Assembly (NCBI GenBank): GCA_965203995.1
Contig: OZ241962.1
Span: 1,290,311-1,354,310, forward strand
Direction of reading: 5' to 3'
Origin: Dehalococcoidia bacterium
GTDB taxonomy: Bacteria > Chloroflexota > Dehalococcoidia > Bin125
Length of the DNA stretch: 64,000 nucleotides
Shown in pieces: positions 1-10,117 of this stretch. The first letter of the stretch is position 1. Each line of letters opens with the position of its first letter. The notes beneath the pieces are model-generated. The model did no database searches. It was not told the origin of the DNA and saw only the letters and a list, made by a program, of their open reading frames with translations. The position numbers and the translations under genes were made by a program.

Positions 1-295
1 CATTGATCACCTCGAAGCGCTCGATGATCGACTCGCCGGCCTGCACCCGATCGCGTGACCGCGACATGCGCACGCGAACGCCCTGTCCCGACGACCAGGT
101 CCAGAGCGCGGCCAGGGCCAGACCGAAGAGCAGCGTGTAGCCCAGCCGCTGCGGCAACCAGTAGTTCGAGGCGAAGCCGACGGCGAACGCAACAATCGTC
201 AGCGTGACGACGATGCTCAGCGAGCGCCGGGTACCGAAGGTCGCGCGCCAGGCGCGACGGAAGGGTCTGGCGATGGCTGCGCCGAGGCCGCGCAC
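1..295 (-). CDS. DUF58-family protein, N-terminal part; gene continues beyond the window start. Not in the ORF track.
   Basis: Manual minus-strand translation from a GTG at about 293-295 gives VRGLGAAIARPFRRAWRATFGTRRSLSIVVTLTIVAFAVGFASNYWLPQRLGYTLLFGLALAALWTWSSGQGVRVRMSRSRDRVQAGESIIERFEVIN. This has the TM-helix plus R-x-x-v-x-a-G-e pattern typical of DUF58 N-termini. It lies immediately downstream of moxR; MoxR-DUF58 is a classic pairing. Confidence 0.5.
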   Translation of the reverse strand, partial: MRGLGAAIARPFRRAWRATFGTRRSLSIVVTLTIVAFAVGFASNYWLPQRLGYTLLFGLALAALWTWSSGQGVRVRMSRSRDRVQAGESIIERFEVIN

Positions 296-354
296 GGTCC
301 GTTCCGATCTGCAAGCCGCCTACGGGGTTCGGACTCCGACGCAGGATAGGCAGG

Positions 355-1305
355 TCATGATGCCGCGCGGGCGCCCGGCACCGGCACGCGATCCAGCACG
401 TCGTCGATCACCGTGCGCGCGTCCTGGTTGCGCACCTGCGCCGAGGGGCTGAGGATGATCCGGTGCCCGAGCGCCGCATGGGCCAGGGTCTTGATGTCGT
501 CGGGAATCACGTAGTCGCGGCCGAAGAGCAGCGCCGAAGCCTGGGCGCAGCGGAACAGCGCCAGCGAGCCGCGCGGCGACGCGCCCAGGTAGACCGCCTC
601 GTGCGAGCGGGTCGCCGCGACCAGTTGCACGGCGTACTGCTTGAGTTGCGGGTCGACCCAGATGTCGCGGGCGACCCGGTGAATCTCGCGGACTTCCTCG
701 GGCGAGGTGACCGGGCTGAGCGACTGGATCGGGTGCTGCTGCTGCTGGCCCTCAAGCACCGCGACCTCGTCGTTGGCGTCGGGATAACCGAGGTGAATGC
801 GCAGCAGGAAGCGGTCGAGCTGCGCCTCGGGCAGCGGGAAGGTGCCCTCGTACTCGACCGGGTTCTGGGTCGCCATGACCATGAACGGCGGCGGCAACTG
901 CCGTGTCACGCCGTCGGCCGTGACCTGACGCTCCTCCATCGCCTCCAGCAATGCCGACTGGGTCTTGGGCGTGGCCCGGTTGATCTCGTCGGCGAGCACG
1001 ATCTGGGAGTAGATCGGACCCTGGCGCCACTCAAAGTCCTGGGTCTTCTGGTTGTAGACCGAGACGCCGGTGACGTCCGAAGGCAGCAGGTCGGGCGTGA
1101 ACTGGATGCGATTGAAGGTGCAGCCGGTCGAGACGGCGAGGGCCCGCGCCAGCATCGTCTTGCCGGTGCCGGGTACGTCCTCGATCAGCAGGTGACCGTC
1201 GGCGACGAGCGCGATCACCGCTTGCCTGACCTCAGGGGTCTTGCCAAGAATCACCCGTTCGACGTTGGCGACGACGCTCAGCAACACGGTTCGGGGATCG
1301 TCCAT
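355..1305 (-). CDS. moxR: MoxR-family AAA+ ATPase
   Basis: Walker [13 protein letters not shown] and Walker B VLADEINR are present. Length of about 317 aa from the internal start [11 protein letters not shown] is typical for MoxR. The ORF-track N-terminal 92 aa extension is low-complexity and was trimmed to the Met at 1305. Confidence 0.85.
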   Translation of the reverse strand: MDDPRTVLLSVVANVERVILGKTPEVRQAVIALVADGHLLIEDVPGTGKTMLARALAVSTGCTFNRIQFTPDLLPSDVTGVSVYNQKTQDFEWRQGPIYSQIVLADEINRATPKTQSALLEAMEERQVTADGVTRQLPPPFMVMATQNPVEYEGTFPLPEAQLDRFLLRIHLGYPDANDEVAVLEGQQQQHPIQSLSPVTSPEEVREIHRVARDIWVDPQLKQYAVQLVAATRSHEAVYLGASPRGSLALFRCAQASALLFGRDYVIPDDIKTLAHAALGHRIILSPSAQVRNQDARTVIDDVLDRVPVPGARAAS

Positions 1306-1381
1306 CGCGAAGCACTCCGCTAACTGTCCGCCCGGCGATTGGCGCAATTGCAGTGAGCGTACCCGATGTGTGTAAAGTGGA

Positions 1382-2536
1382 TTGGTCGAGATGCTGGATT
1401 CGGCTGATCCCGAGCGAATTGTGACCGGTCCGGTACGACTCAGCCGGCGCACGCTGCTGCGTGCCTTCGTCGGCGTCGGCGCCGGGCTGTTGCTCACGGC
1501 TTGCGGCGACGACGATCTCGATCCCTTTGCGACCGGCCGCCAGGTCGCGCCTCCTCCCGCCTCGGACACACCCGACGCCACGGGCTCCTCGGAGGCCCGG
1601 ACGCCGGCCGACCAGCAGGACGGCGGGCAAACGCAGTCGCAGGCGGCACAGGAACAGATCGTCGTCGCGCAGGAGATTGCCGAGCCGCAGGTCTACGTCA
1701 TGCCCAGCCCGATCTCCCAGGGAGAGACGGTGCTGGTCGTGGTCGAAGCGCCCGGCGCCGAGACTGCCTCGCTCTGGTGGCAGGGCCAGACCTTCTCGCT
1801 GCTGCGCAGCAACGACCGCTTCGTGGGATTCTTCGGCATTGACGCCAACGCCCAGGTCGGGCCGCAGGCGCTGGGCATCTCGGTCTGGGGCCCGCGCGGC
1901 GAACAACTGCTCTGGCAGGAGACCGTGATCGAGATCGTGGCCTACGAGTGGACGATCGACAACATCCAGATCGACGGCCCGAACGCCGCCCTGCTGGATC
2001 CGTCCGTGCGCCGCGCCGACGAGTCCGCGCGACGGCCCTTCCAGACGACGTTATCGCCGGAACTGCACTGGCTGGGCGTGTTCAATCCTCCCGCCGACGG
2101 CCAGATCACAGCGCTCTACGGCGAGCAGCGATCGTTCAACGGCGGCCCGATCTCCGAGTACCACACGGGGATGGACTTTGGCGGCGAGACCGGAGCGGCG
2201 ATCAAAGCGGCCAACAGCGGAGTCGTCAGCTGGGCCGGCCGCACGCGGCGACGGGGCAACGGGATCATCGTCGATCACGGGGCCGGCATCTTCACCGGCT
2301 ACTACCACCTCTCGGAGGTCTTGCAAACCTCGGGCACGGTCGTGGAGCAGGGCGATCTGATCGGGCGGATGGGCGCCACCGGACTGGCCACCGGGCCCCA
2401 CCTGCATTGGGAAGTCGTCGTACGTGGAGTGACCGTCAATCCGCTCCCCTGGATCCGGTTGCTGGAGTATCCCGACCCGTTCCAGGACCTCAACCCGGCC
2501 AACGCGCTGAAGTCGACCAACCTCGCCCGCAGCTAG
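1382..2536 (+). CDS. M23-family metallopeptidase, secreted or lipoprotein
   Basis: N-terminal Tat/lipobox-like [25 protein letters not shown]-terminal LytM/M23 signature HTGMDFGG...[20 protein letters not shown]...[15 protein letters not shown]. Confidence 0.8.
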   Translation: MVEMLDSADPERIVTGPVRLSRRTLLRAFVGVGAGLLLTACGDDDLDPFATGRQVAPPPASDTPDATGSSEARTPADQQDGGQTQSQAAQEQIVVAQEIAEPQVYVMPSPISQGETVLVVVEAPGAETASLWWQGQTFSLLRSNDRFVGFFGIDANAQVGPQALGISVWGPRGEQLLWQETVIEIVAYEWTIDNIQIDGPNAALLDPSVRRADESARRPFQTTLSPELHWLGVFNPPADGQITALYGEQRSFNGGPISEYHTGMDFGGETGAAIKAANSGVVSWAGRTRRRGNGIIVDHGAGIFTGYYHLSEVLQTSGTVVEQGDLIGRMGATGLATGPHLHWEVVVRGVTVNPLPWIRLLEYPDPFQDLNPANALKSTNLARS

Positions 2537-3336
2537 GACCTGGCCGCTTCCTGGGTCAGCGCCAGCGCGACGATGGCGGCGGTCTCGGCACGCAACGGTC
2601 GGTTGCCGAGCGAAATTGGAAGCCAGCCATGGGCCCGGGCCAAGCTGGCCTCTTCAGGCGTGTAGCCGCCCTCCGGTCCGATCAGCAGATGCACCCGATC
2701 GGGCGGCGGCTGACCGCGGTCTCGGCGGCGCTGGAAGACCGGCAAGATTCGCTGGTCCGGTTCGAGCGCCGAGGCCAACAGGCGCAGCGAGTTCGGCTCG
2801 GGTTCCTCCTGGATCAGGTCGATGACCTCCACGGGCGGATAGATTGTCGGCCGATATTCGCGCCGGCATTGTTCGGCCGCTTCGGTTGCGAGCCGTCGCC
2901 AGCGATGCAGCCGCTGGTTCGCGTCGCCCTTGATCAGGGCGCGCTGCGACCAGACCGGTCGAATCTCGTCGACGCCCAGCTCGGTCGCCTTCTCGATCAT
3001 GAAGTCGTAGCGCTGCGGCCGGATCAGCGAGGCCGAAATCACGATCCGCGGCGGCGGCAGCTCGCGCAGCGGCCGGCACAGGACCACCCGACAGATCACT
3101 TCGTCGCGGGTTACGCGTTCCACTTCCGCGTGATAGAGCCGATCGCTGGGCGGATGGACCAACTCCAGCGGGTCGTCGCGGCGGATTCGCATCACTCGCT
3201 TGAGCCGGTTGGCCTTGCCGCTGGTGATGATGATGGTGTCGCCCTCGACCCGGGCCGACTCGTCCAGGAAGTAGCGGGGCACGAGTCCGGAGGCAACGGA
3301 CTCTCCGGCGCTTGCGTCTTCGTCGTGCTGGGTCAT
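2533..3336 (-). CDS. rsmE: 16S rRNA (uracil1498-N3)-methyltransferase RsmE
   Basis: N-terminal PUA-like VPRYFLDE...GDTIIITSGKANRLKRVMRIRRDD and C-terminal SPOUT motif LLIGPEGGYTPEE...AHGWLPISLGNRPLRAETAAIVAL. Start set at the internal Met (MTQHDED); the ORF-track N-terminal extension was discarded. Confidence 0.8.
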   Translation of the reverse strand: MTQHDEDASAGESVASGLVPRYFLDESARVEGDTIIITSGKANRLKRVMRIRRDDPLELVHPPSDRLYHAEVERVTRDEVICRVVLCRPLRELPPPRIVISASLIRPQRYDFMIEKATELGVDEIRPVWSQRALIKGDANQRLHRWRRLATEAAEQCRREYRPTIYPPVEVIDLIQEEPEPNSLRLLASALEPDQRILPVFQRRRDRGQPPPDRVHLLIGPEGGYTPEEASLARAHGWLPISLGNRPLRAETAAIVALALTQEAARS

Positions 3337-3418
3337 TCCGCCTCCCCTCCCCTGGCCAGCGCTAGACTCCGTTGGGACACGCACAATAGCGGATTCTGAC
3401 CAGATTGGACGACGAGTC

Positions 3419-4198
3419 ATGGAGCTTGGGTTACAGGGCAAGGTGGCGATTGTCACCGGAGGATCAGAAGGCATCGGGCGGGCGACGGCCGTGGTCCTGG
3501 CACGGGAAGGCGCGTCGGTGGTGATCGGCGCGCGGCGTCAGGCTCCGCTGGATGAAGCCCGCGCCGAGGTCGAGGCAGCCGGCGGCGAGTGCGCCGCCGT
3601 ATCAATGGACGTCACCTCAGACGACGACTGCGCTCGACTGGTCGACACGGCCGTGGAGCGATTCGGCGGCGTCGACATCCTGATCAACAATGCTGGCCAA
3701 TCATCCTCGGGCCGGATCGAGTCGCACGAGATCGAGACCTGGGCGGTCGACCTGGACCTCAAGCTCTACGGCGCGATCCGCCTGGCCAAGCTCTGCATCC
3801 CGCTGATGCGCGAGCGCGGGGGCGGGCGGATTATCAACCTGCTCAACATCGGCTCCAAGACGCCGGGCGCGGGCTCGATGCCCACGGCGGCCTCGCGCGC
3901 CGCCGGACTGGCGATGACCAAGGCGCTGAGCAAGGAAGTCGCCGCCGATCAGATCCTGGTCAATGCAGCCTGTATCGGGTCAGTCGAGTCGGCCCAGTGG
4001 CACGGCTTTCACGAGCAGCGCATGCCCGACGCGACCTATGAGGAATTTCTCGAAACGGTCGGTCAGGGCATTCCGGTCAAGCGGATCGGCACGTCGGAGG
4101 AGGCTGCCAACATGCTCGTCTTCCTCGCCTCCGATGCGGCCAGCTTCATCAGCGGCTGCGCGATCAACATCGACGGCGGCGCGTCCGCCGCCTGGTAA
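3419..4198 (+). CDS. SDR-family short-chain dehydrogenase/reductase
   Basis: Rossmann motif VAIVTGGSEGIGRA and NNAG motif ILINNAGQ. Length about 259 aa. Confidence 0.8.
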   Translation: MELGLQGKVAIVTGGSEGIGRATAVVLAREGASVVIGARRQAPLDEARAEVEAAGGECAAVSMDVTSDDDCARLVDTAVERFGGVDILINNAGQSSSGRIESHEIETWAVDLDLKLYGAIRLAKLCIPLMRERGGGRIINLLNIGSKTPGAGSMPTAASRAAGLAMTKALSKEVAADQILVNAACIGSVESAQWHGFHEQRMPDATYEEFLETVGQGIPVKRIGTSEEAANMLVFLASDAASFISGCAINIDGGASAAW

Positions 4199-4211
4199 GG
4201 GCGAATTGGCG

Positions 4212-5159
4212 CTAGCGGTCAGCGCTCTCCAGCAGCATCGCGCGCCATTCGTCCTCCCGCTCGACCGCGAGCAGCTCCAGTCCGACGCCTGCCAGAGTCT
4301 CGCCGACCTCATCCAGGCGCGTCTCGATCAGTCCGCTGACGATCAAGCGGCCCCGGGGCTGCAGCGCCGTCGCCAGGTCGGCAGCCAGGTACTGCAGGAT
4401 GTCGGCCGTGAGGTTGGCCGTAATCAGATCGAAGGCCTCGGCTCCGGGGATGGAGGCCTCGCGCACCTCGATGCGATCGGCTGCCTGATTCTGTCTCGCG
4501 GTCTGTCGTGCGGCGTCGACGGCGAGCGGATCGATGTCGGTCGCGACAACGGTTGCCGCGCCCAGCCGCGCCGCCGCGACCGCAAGGATGCCGCTGCCCG
4601 TACCAACGTCGAGCACCCGCTCGCCGCCGGCGATCTGCTGTCCCAGCAGGCGCAGGCAGAGCCTGGTCGACTGATGCTGGCCGGTGCCGAAGGCCAGACC
4701 GGGAACGAGGTCGACCACGACTTCGCCGGGCTTCGCGTCGTGGGCGATGTGCGGCGGGCGGACGACGATCGGCCGCGCGCCGGGAATGCGGACCAGATCG
4801 AAGTGATCGTGCCACGCGGCGCGCCAGTCCCGCTCGGGCATGCGCCTCAGGGCGATCTCCGGCTCAGGCTCGACCAAGTCGGCCAGCGCCGCTCGGAGCA
4901 CCGCTTCCGTCGCGGCCCACTGCTCGGGATTGAGGTAGGCGGCGACTTCTGCCCGGTCGCTTCGGTGGTCGTAGCCGGGCCAGGGCTCTTCGTGCGGCTC
5001 GTCGAGCACGTACTCGATGCTCGAATGGCGGACGCCGGCCAGCTCCCAGGCGGCGACGGCCAGTTCGGCCTGAGCCGAGGGGAGGCAGACTGCGGCTCTG
5101 AGTAGTTTCGACGACCGGCTAATTGGTGAACGCTCCGCGGATGCGCGAGAAGACGCCAT
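4212..5159 (-). CDS. prmA: Ribosomal protein L11 methyltransferase PrmA
   Basis: SAM-binding VLDVGTGSGILAVAAARLGA...VATDIDPLAV and the C-terminal PrmA pattern. Start chosen at Met-19 of the track ORF (5159). It overlaps the dnaJ 3' end by about 40 nt, because no canonical start exists after the dnaJ stop. Confidence 0.75.
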   Translation of the reverse strand: MASSRASAERSPISRSSKLLRAAVCLPSAQAELAVAAWELAGVRHSSIEYVLDEPHEEPWPGYDHRSDRAEVAAYLNPEQWAATEAVLRAALADLVEPEPEIALRRMPERDWRAAWHDHFDLVRIPGARPIVVRPPHIAHDAKPGEVVVDLVPGLAFGTGQHQSTRLCLRLLGQQIAGGERVLDVGTGSGILAVAAARLGAATVVATDIDPLAVDAARQTARQNQAADRIEVREASIPGAEAFDLITANLTADILQYLAADLATALQPRGRLIVSGLIETRLDEVGETLAGVGLELLAVEREDEWRAMLLESADR

Positions 5160-6243
5160 TGGCGTCTCCCCCGCCGTGGGTCGGGATGTCGAGTTCCTCG
5201 GCGAGCTGTTCAAACAGTTCGCGCTGTCTGCCGGTCAGCTTGGTCGGCGTCTCGACCACGACGTGGACGCGCAGATCGCCGCGGCCGCGTCCCCGCAGAT
5301 GGGGCACGCCCTGTCCGCGCAGGCGGAACTCGTGACCGTGCTGGGTTCCGGCCGGGACGTTGAGCGGCTGGTCGTGGCCGTCGATGCCGGGGATGTCGAC
5401 TTCGTCGCCCAGCGCCGCCTGGGCGACGTTCAGGTGCAGCGGCAGGATCAGGTCGTTGCCGTCGCGCAGGAACATCTCGTGCGGTTTGACGTTGATGTCG
5501 ACGTAGAGGTTGCCGGCCGGACCGCCGCGCAATCCGGCGTCGCCCTCGCCCGAGAGCCGCATCTGCGCGCCGTCGGTGACGCCGGCGGGAATCTTGACCT
5601 TGAGCCGTCGGTTGCGCTGCTCGCGGCCGATCCCGCCACAGGACTTGCAGGGATGCTCGATCACCGTACCCTCGCCGTCGCAGGGCTCGCAGGGGGCGAC
5701 GTTGACGAAGCGTCCGAAGACGCTGCTCTGCGTGCGGCGGACTTCGCCGGAGCCGCCGCAGAGATCGCAGGCGACGCGCTGCGTGCCGGGCTCGCCGCCC
5801 GAGCCGCCGCAGATCGTGCAGTGCTCGAGGCGCGAGGCGCGGATCTCTTCCTCGCAACCGAAGATCGCCTCCTCGAAGTCGAGTTCGATCTGAATGCGCA
5901 GGTCGCCGCCGCGAATCGGCCCGGCGGCGCGGCGTCCGCCGAAGAAGGCGTCGAAGATGTCGCCGAAGCCGCCGAAATCGAAGCCCTCGAATCCGGCGCC
6001 CTGTGCGAAGGCGCCGGCCGAGCCGTACTGGTCGTACTTGGCCCGCTTCTCCGGGTCGGAGAGCACCTCATAGGCCGCCGCGATGCGCTTGAACTCGGCC
6101 TCCGAGGCCTCCTTCTGCGCCGGGTCGGTTACGCGGTCGGGATGGTGCTCCATCGCCAGCTTGCGAAAGGAGCGCCGAATCTCGTCCTGCGACGCCTCCC
6201 GCGAGAGGCCAAGAATCTCATAGAAGTCGTCGGATTGAGCCAT
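5119..6243 (-). CDS. dnaJ: Chaperone DnaJ
   Basis: J-domain DFYEILGLSREASQDEIRRSFRKLAMEHHPDR, a G/F-rich region, and four CxxCxGxG zinc-finger repeats. Confidence 0.95.
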   Translation of the reverse strand: MAQSDDFYEILGLSREASQDEIRRSFRKLAMEHHPDRVTDPAQKEASEAEFKRIAAAYEVLSDPEKRAKYDQYGSAGAFAQGAGFEGFDFGGFGDIFDAFFGGRRAAGPIRGGDLRIQIELDFEEAIFGCEEEIRASRLEHCTICGGSGGEPGTQRVACDLCGGSGEVRRTQSSVFGRFVNVAPCEPCDGEGTVIEHPCKSCGGIGREQRNRRLKVKIPAGVTDGAQMRLSGEGDAGLRGGPAGNLYVDINVKPHEMFLRDGNDLILPLHLNVAQAALGDEVDIPGIDGHDQPLNVPAGTQHGHEFRLRGQGVPHLRGRGRGDLRVHVVVETPTKLTGRQRELFEQLAEELDIPTHGGGDANGVFSRIRGAFTN

Positions 6244-6325
6244 GGGCCAGTTTCGGTCGTGGGCGCGGACGTGCGATCAGGGTACCGTCATGCGCCCTGG
6301 CGATATGAGCCACTGTTTGCCAGTC

Positions 6326-8218
6326 CTAGACCTCGCGGAATTCGCCTTCGACGGTGTCGTCGTCGGGCGGCGGGGCGGCGCCGCCCATGTCGGCGGTGGC
6401 GCCGGCGGGTTCCTGCTGGCCGTAGATCTTCTCGCCGACCTTCATCAGGGTCGTGTTGAGATCGTCGAGCGCGGACTGGATCGTGGCCGGGTCCTCCGAC
6501 TCCAGCGCACCGCGCAGCGCATCGATCTTGCCTTGCATCTCGGTCTTCAGCTCCTCGTCGAGCTTGTCGTCCTGGTCGGCGAGGACTTTCTCCGCCTCGT
6601 AGGCCGTGGTCTCGGCGCGGTTGCGGACCTCGGCCAGCTCACGCAGCTTCTTGTCTTCCTCGGCGTGCTCCTCGGCGTCGCGCTGCATCGCCGCAATCTC
6701 GTCGTCGGAGAGGCCGGAGGAACCCTGGATCGTGATCCGCTGCTCCTTGCCCGTGCCCTTGTCCTGGGCGCCGACATTGAGGATGCCGTTGGCGTCGATG
6801 TCGAAAGTGACCTCGATCTGGGGCATGCCGCGCGGGGCGGGCAGGATGCCGTCGAGGATGAACTTGCCCAGCGACTTGTTGCCGCCGGCCATCTCGCGCT
6901 CACCCTGGAGCACGTGAATCTCGACCTGCGACTGGTTGTCGGCGGCGGTCGAGAAGACCTGCGACTTCGAGGTCGGGATGGTCGTGTTGCGCGGGATCAG
7001 CGGGGTCGAGACGCCGCCCAGGGTCTCGATGCCCAGCGTCAGCGGGGTGACGTCAAGCAGCAACACGTCCTTGACCTCGCCGCGCAGCACGCCGGCCTGG
7101 ATGGCCGCGCCGAGCGCGACGACCTCGTCCGGGTTGACGCCGCGGTGGGGCTCCTTGTTGAAGAACTGCTCGACCTTCTGCTGGACCAGCGGCATCCGCG
7201 TCTGGCCGCCGACCAGCACCACTTCGTCCACCTGCTCGCGCGAGATGCCGGCGTCGTCGAGCGCGTTGCGGCAGGGCTCGAGCGTGCTCTCGACCAGGTC
7301 GAGCACGAGCTGCTCGAGCTGGGCCCGGGTCAGGGTGTGGGTGAAATGCTTGGGTCCCGAGGCGTCGGCCGTGATGTAGGGCAGGTTGATCTCGGTCGAC
7401 TGTGTCGTCGAGAGCTCGACCTTGGCCCGCTCGGCCGCTTCCTTGAGCCGCTGCAGCGCCATGCGGTCCTGCGAGAGGTCGATCGCCTGCTCCTTGCGGA
7501 ACGTGTCGACCAGGTAGTCCATCAGCCGCTGGTCGAAGTCGTCGCCGCCGAGGAAGGTGTTGCCGTTGGTCGAGCGGACCTGGAAGGTGCCTTCGCCCAG
7601 CTCGAGGATGGAGATGTCGAAGGTGCCGCCGCCCAGGTCGTAGACGGCGATGTAGTGGTCCTCGGTCTTCTCCAGGCCGTAGGCCAGCGAGGCGGCGGTC
7701 GGCTCGTTGATGATTCGCAGGACGTTCAGTCCCGCGATCCGGCCGGCGTCCTTGGTCGCGTTGCGCTGAGAGTCGTCGAAGTAGGCCGGCACGGTGATCA
7801 CAGCCTCGTTGACGGTCTCACCCAGGTACGCCTCGGCGTCGGCCTTGAGTTTCTGTAGGATCATCGCCGCGATCTCGGGCGGCGAGTAAGGATTACCGCC
7901 CATGGTGACGCGGGCGTCGTGGTTGTCGGCGGCATCGACGATGTAGGGCAACCGGTTGATCGCGCCCTGCACCTGTCGGTCTTCGAATCGTCGTCCCATC
8001 AACCGTTTGACCGAGAACAGCGTGTCTTCGGGATTGGTCACAGCCTGGCGCTTGGCGGCGGTGCCGACGATGCGCTCGCCGTTCTTGGTCAGCGCGACGA
8101 CCGAGGGAGTCGTGCGATTGCCCTCCGCGTTGGGGATCACGGTCGGCTCGCCGCCTTCCATGACGGCGACGGCGGAGTTGGTGGTGCCGAGGTCAATGCC
8201 TATCACTCGTCCGGGCAT
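6326..8218 (-). CDS. dnaK: Chaperone DnaK (Hsp70)
   Basis: N-terminus [13 protein letters not shown], motif DLGGGTFD, and a substrate-binding and lid region. Length 630 aa. Confidence 0.97.
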   Translation of the reverse strand: MPGRVIGIDLGTTNSAVAVMEGGEPTVIPNAEGNRTTPSVVALTKNGERIVGTAAKRQAVTNPEDTLFSVKRLMGRRFEDRQVQGAINRLPYIVDAADNHDARVTMGGNPYSPPEIAAMILQKLKADAEAYLGETVNEAVITVPAYFDDSQRNATKDAGRIAGLNVLRIINEPTAASLAYGLEKTEDHYIAVYDLGGGTFDISILELGEGTFQVRSTNGNTFLGGDDFDQRLMDYLVDTFRKEQAIDLSQDRMALQRLKEAAERAKVELSTTQSTEINLPYITADASGPKHFTHTLTRAQLEQLVLDLVESTLEPCRNALDDAGISREQVDEVVLVGGQTRMPLVQQKVEQFFNKEPHRGVNPDEVVALGAAIQAGVLRGEVKDVLLLDVTPLTLGIETLGGVSTPLIPRNTTIPTSKSQVFSTAADNQSQVEIHVLQGEREMAGGNKSLGKFILDGILPAPRGMPQIEVTFDIDANGILNVGAQDKGTGKEQRITIQGSSGLSDDEIAAMQRDAEEHAEEDKKLRELAEVRNRAETTAYEAEKVLADQDDKLDEELKTEMQGKIDALRGALESEDPATIQSALDDLNTTLMKVGEKIYGQQEPAGATADMGGAAPPPDDDTVEGEFREV

Positions 8219-8228
8219 GGGATGGCTC

Positions 8229-8825
8229 CTAATCGGTGGCTTCTGAATCTTGCGGGCTGTCTGTCTGTTGCACGGATTCGATCGAGCCGTCGCCGACCAT
8301 CACCTGGGTCGCGCGCAGCACGCGCAGGTTGCTGGACGGGCCAATCGTGTAGCCGGTGCGCAGCACGGCGACGATCTCGTTGTGGCCTCCGGGCAGTTGC
8401 CCGACGGCTTCGTGGACATCGGGGTCGAAGGGCTGATCGAGCGTCTCGATCCGCGACACCTGCTGTTTCATCAACAGGGCGTGCAGCTTCTGCGAGATCA
8501 GCTCGACGCCGCGCCGCCAGGCGTCGTCTGCCTGCGAATCGTCGGCGGGCGCCTCGCGTTCGGCGCGCTCGAAGTCGTCGGCGAGGTCCAGCAAGTCAAG
8601 CAGGATGCCCCGCTGCGATTGCTGCACACGGTCGCGGACATCCTGAGCGCTGCGCCGCTTGAGATTCTCGTAGTCCGCCTGTGCCCGCTGCCAACCGGCG
8701 AGATTGCGGGCCGACTCCTGGCGCAGTGATTCGAGATCGTCCGCTGGATCCTGCCCGGCGACGTCCTCGGGCTCTGCGTCGACCACCTCGTCGATCTCGT
8801 CGGCGGCCTGGCTCTCTGCGCTCAT
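8229..8825 (-). CDS. grpE: Nucleotide exchange factor GrpE
   Basis: Position between hrcA and dnaK. Acidic N-terminus, coiled-coil and a C-terminal GrpE beta-domain pattern ([20 protein letters not shown]). Confidence 0.9.
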   Translation of the reverse strand: MSAESQAADEIDEVVDAEPEDVAGQDPADDLESLRQESARNLAGWQRAQADYENLKRRSAQDVRDRVQQSQRGILLDLLDLADDFERAEREAPADDSQADDAWRRGVELISQKLHALLMKQQVSRIETLDQPFDPDVHEAVGQLPGGHNEIVAVLRTGYTIGPSSNLRVLRATQVMVGDGSIESVQQTDSPQDSEATD

Positions 8826-9940
8826 TGGCTCGCTCCATAGACAGCGTCGATCATCTCCTGCAACAGTCGCGAGTAGAAGCGCGCGGCGGCGATGCTGCGC
8901 GGATAGTTCATTCGAGTAGGTCCGACGATGCCCACGTATCCCGGTACCTCGGGACCGCCGCCCGCGCGAAAGGCGCTAACCGAAGCGCCGGTCGTGGATC
9001 CGTACGGCGCGAGCACGAGCGAGCACTCCTGCAGCAGTTCATTGGGATAGTCGTCGCCGATCAACACGTGCATCTCGCCGGCGTGCATCGAGTCTTCAAT
9101 CACCTCGGGCGGAATCAGATCTTCGGCGGCGTGCTGGTCGACAAGTTCGATCAGTTCCAGCGACCGCTCGGGCTCCTGCTGGAACTCGGGTTGCGCCATC
9201 ATGCCGCCGAGTCCGGCGATGGCAGGAACGCCCGCCCGGCGGGCGTCGCGATCGAGCACCTGGGCGAGCGTGTCGAGCACGAAGTGCTGGACGGGATGCG
9301 TATCGGGCGAATCGAGCGCCGCCCGGGCCGCCTCGCGCACCTCGTTGGCCGAGTGTCCGCGCAGTGCGCCGGACAGTCGGCCGGCCAGGTCGTCCAGTTC
9401 GTCCACCTCGACCGGCTGCGGCAGCGGCATCAGTTGGCGAATCATGCGCGCTTCCTGGACCACCACGATCATCAGCACGAGCAACTCGTTGAGCGAAATC
9501 AGCTCGACTTGCCGTACCCGCAATTGCTCGGGATGGGGCGGCGCGACGATGACCAGCAGACCCAACGAGCGGGCCAGCACGTTGGCGGCCAGCTCGACCC
9601 ACTCGTCGACCGAGGGCGCGGCCTGGAAAAACTGGTGCCTGACTTGCGCCTGCTCGGCCAGGCCCAGTTCGGCGTGGCCCATCAGTGATTGAACGAAATG
9701 TCGGTAGCCGAGGTTCGAGGGCACGCGGCCGGCCGAAGTGTGCGGATGCGTCAGATAGCCATCCTGCTCGAGCGCGTGCATTTCATGCCGGATCGTCGCC
9801 GGAGAGGCGGGCAGGGCGTACTTCTCGACCACATGCCGCGAGGCCACCGGTGTGGCGGTCTCTATGTAATCCTGGACGACCAACTGCAGGATGCCGGCCC
9901 GTCGCTGGGACAACTCCTGGGAAGACAGGTGAGAGGACAT
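8822..9940 (-). CDS. hrcA: Heat-inducible transcription repressor HrcA
   Basis: N-terminal winged-helix RRAGILQLVVQDYIETATPVASRHVVE...SPATIRHEMHALEQDGYL. First gene of the heat-shock operon, immediately downstream of a CIRCE operator. Confidence 0.9.
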   Translation of the reverse strand: MSSHLSSQELSQRRAGILQLVVQDYIETATPVASRHVVEKYALPASPATIRHEMHALEQDGYLTHPHTSAGRVPSNLGYRHFVQSLMGHAELGLAEQAQVRHQFFQAAPSVDEWVELAANVLARSLGLLVIVAPPHPEQLRVRQVELISLNELLVLMIVVVQEARMIRQLMPLPQPVEVDELDDLAGRLSGALRGHSANEVREAARAALDSPDTHPVQHFVLDTLAQVLDRDARRAGVPAIAGLGGMMAQPEFQQEPERSLELIELVDQHAAEDLIPPEVIEDSMHAGEMHVLIGDDYPNELLQECSLVLAPYGSTTGASVSAFRAGGGPEVPGYVGIVGPTRMNYPRSIAAARFYSRLLQEMIDAVYGASQ

Positions 9941-9987
9941 GGCTCGGCTTGCGTCGTGTTTCTGCCCGCAGGCTCCGCTAGGCTGGA

Positions 9988-10016
9988 GTTAGCACTCTCC
10001 CTCCGAGAGTGCTAAC
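9988..10016. promoter_or_regulatory. CIRCE operator (HrcA binding site): TTAGCACTC-N9-GAGTGCTAA
   Basis: Perfect 9-bp inverted repeat with a 9-nt spacer (TTAGCACTCTCCCTCCGAGAGTGCTAA), about 50 nt upstream of the hrcA start on the transcribed strand. Confidence 0.85.
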
Positions 10017-10117
10017 GCGGTCATCGTAGCAGCGTTTCCGACAATCGGCAAAGCGATCTGTCCACGTCCGGGGTGTTGCAGCACACCACGATCGTTGGAC
10101 GCTGAGGGAGTGGCGAC

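Noticed and set aside
7-195. 62-aa minus-strand ORF from the track (MLRSPSASPRTTGC...)
   Set aside because: It is in a different frame from the DUF58-like reading frame that gives a sensible membrane-protein N-terminus. Composition is low-complexity Arg/Ser/Pro.
6242-7858. 538-aa plus-strand ORF antisense to dnaK. There are many similar long ORFs antisense or out of frame to real genes: 463-1323, 1948-3399, 3963-5105, 5176-6459, 12217-13995, 14204-15901, 17723-19357, 28066-29367, 40372-42162, 44889-46925, 48702-50036 and 50837-52051.
   Set aside because: In roughly 70% GC DNA stop codons are rare in all frames. These ORFs have Arg/Ala/Gly/Pro-dominated low-complexity translations and no motifs. 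They overlap genes that have unambiguous conserved domains on the other strand or frame.
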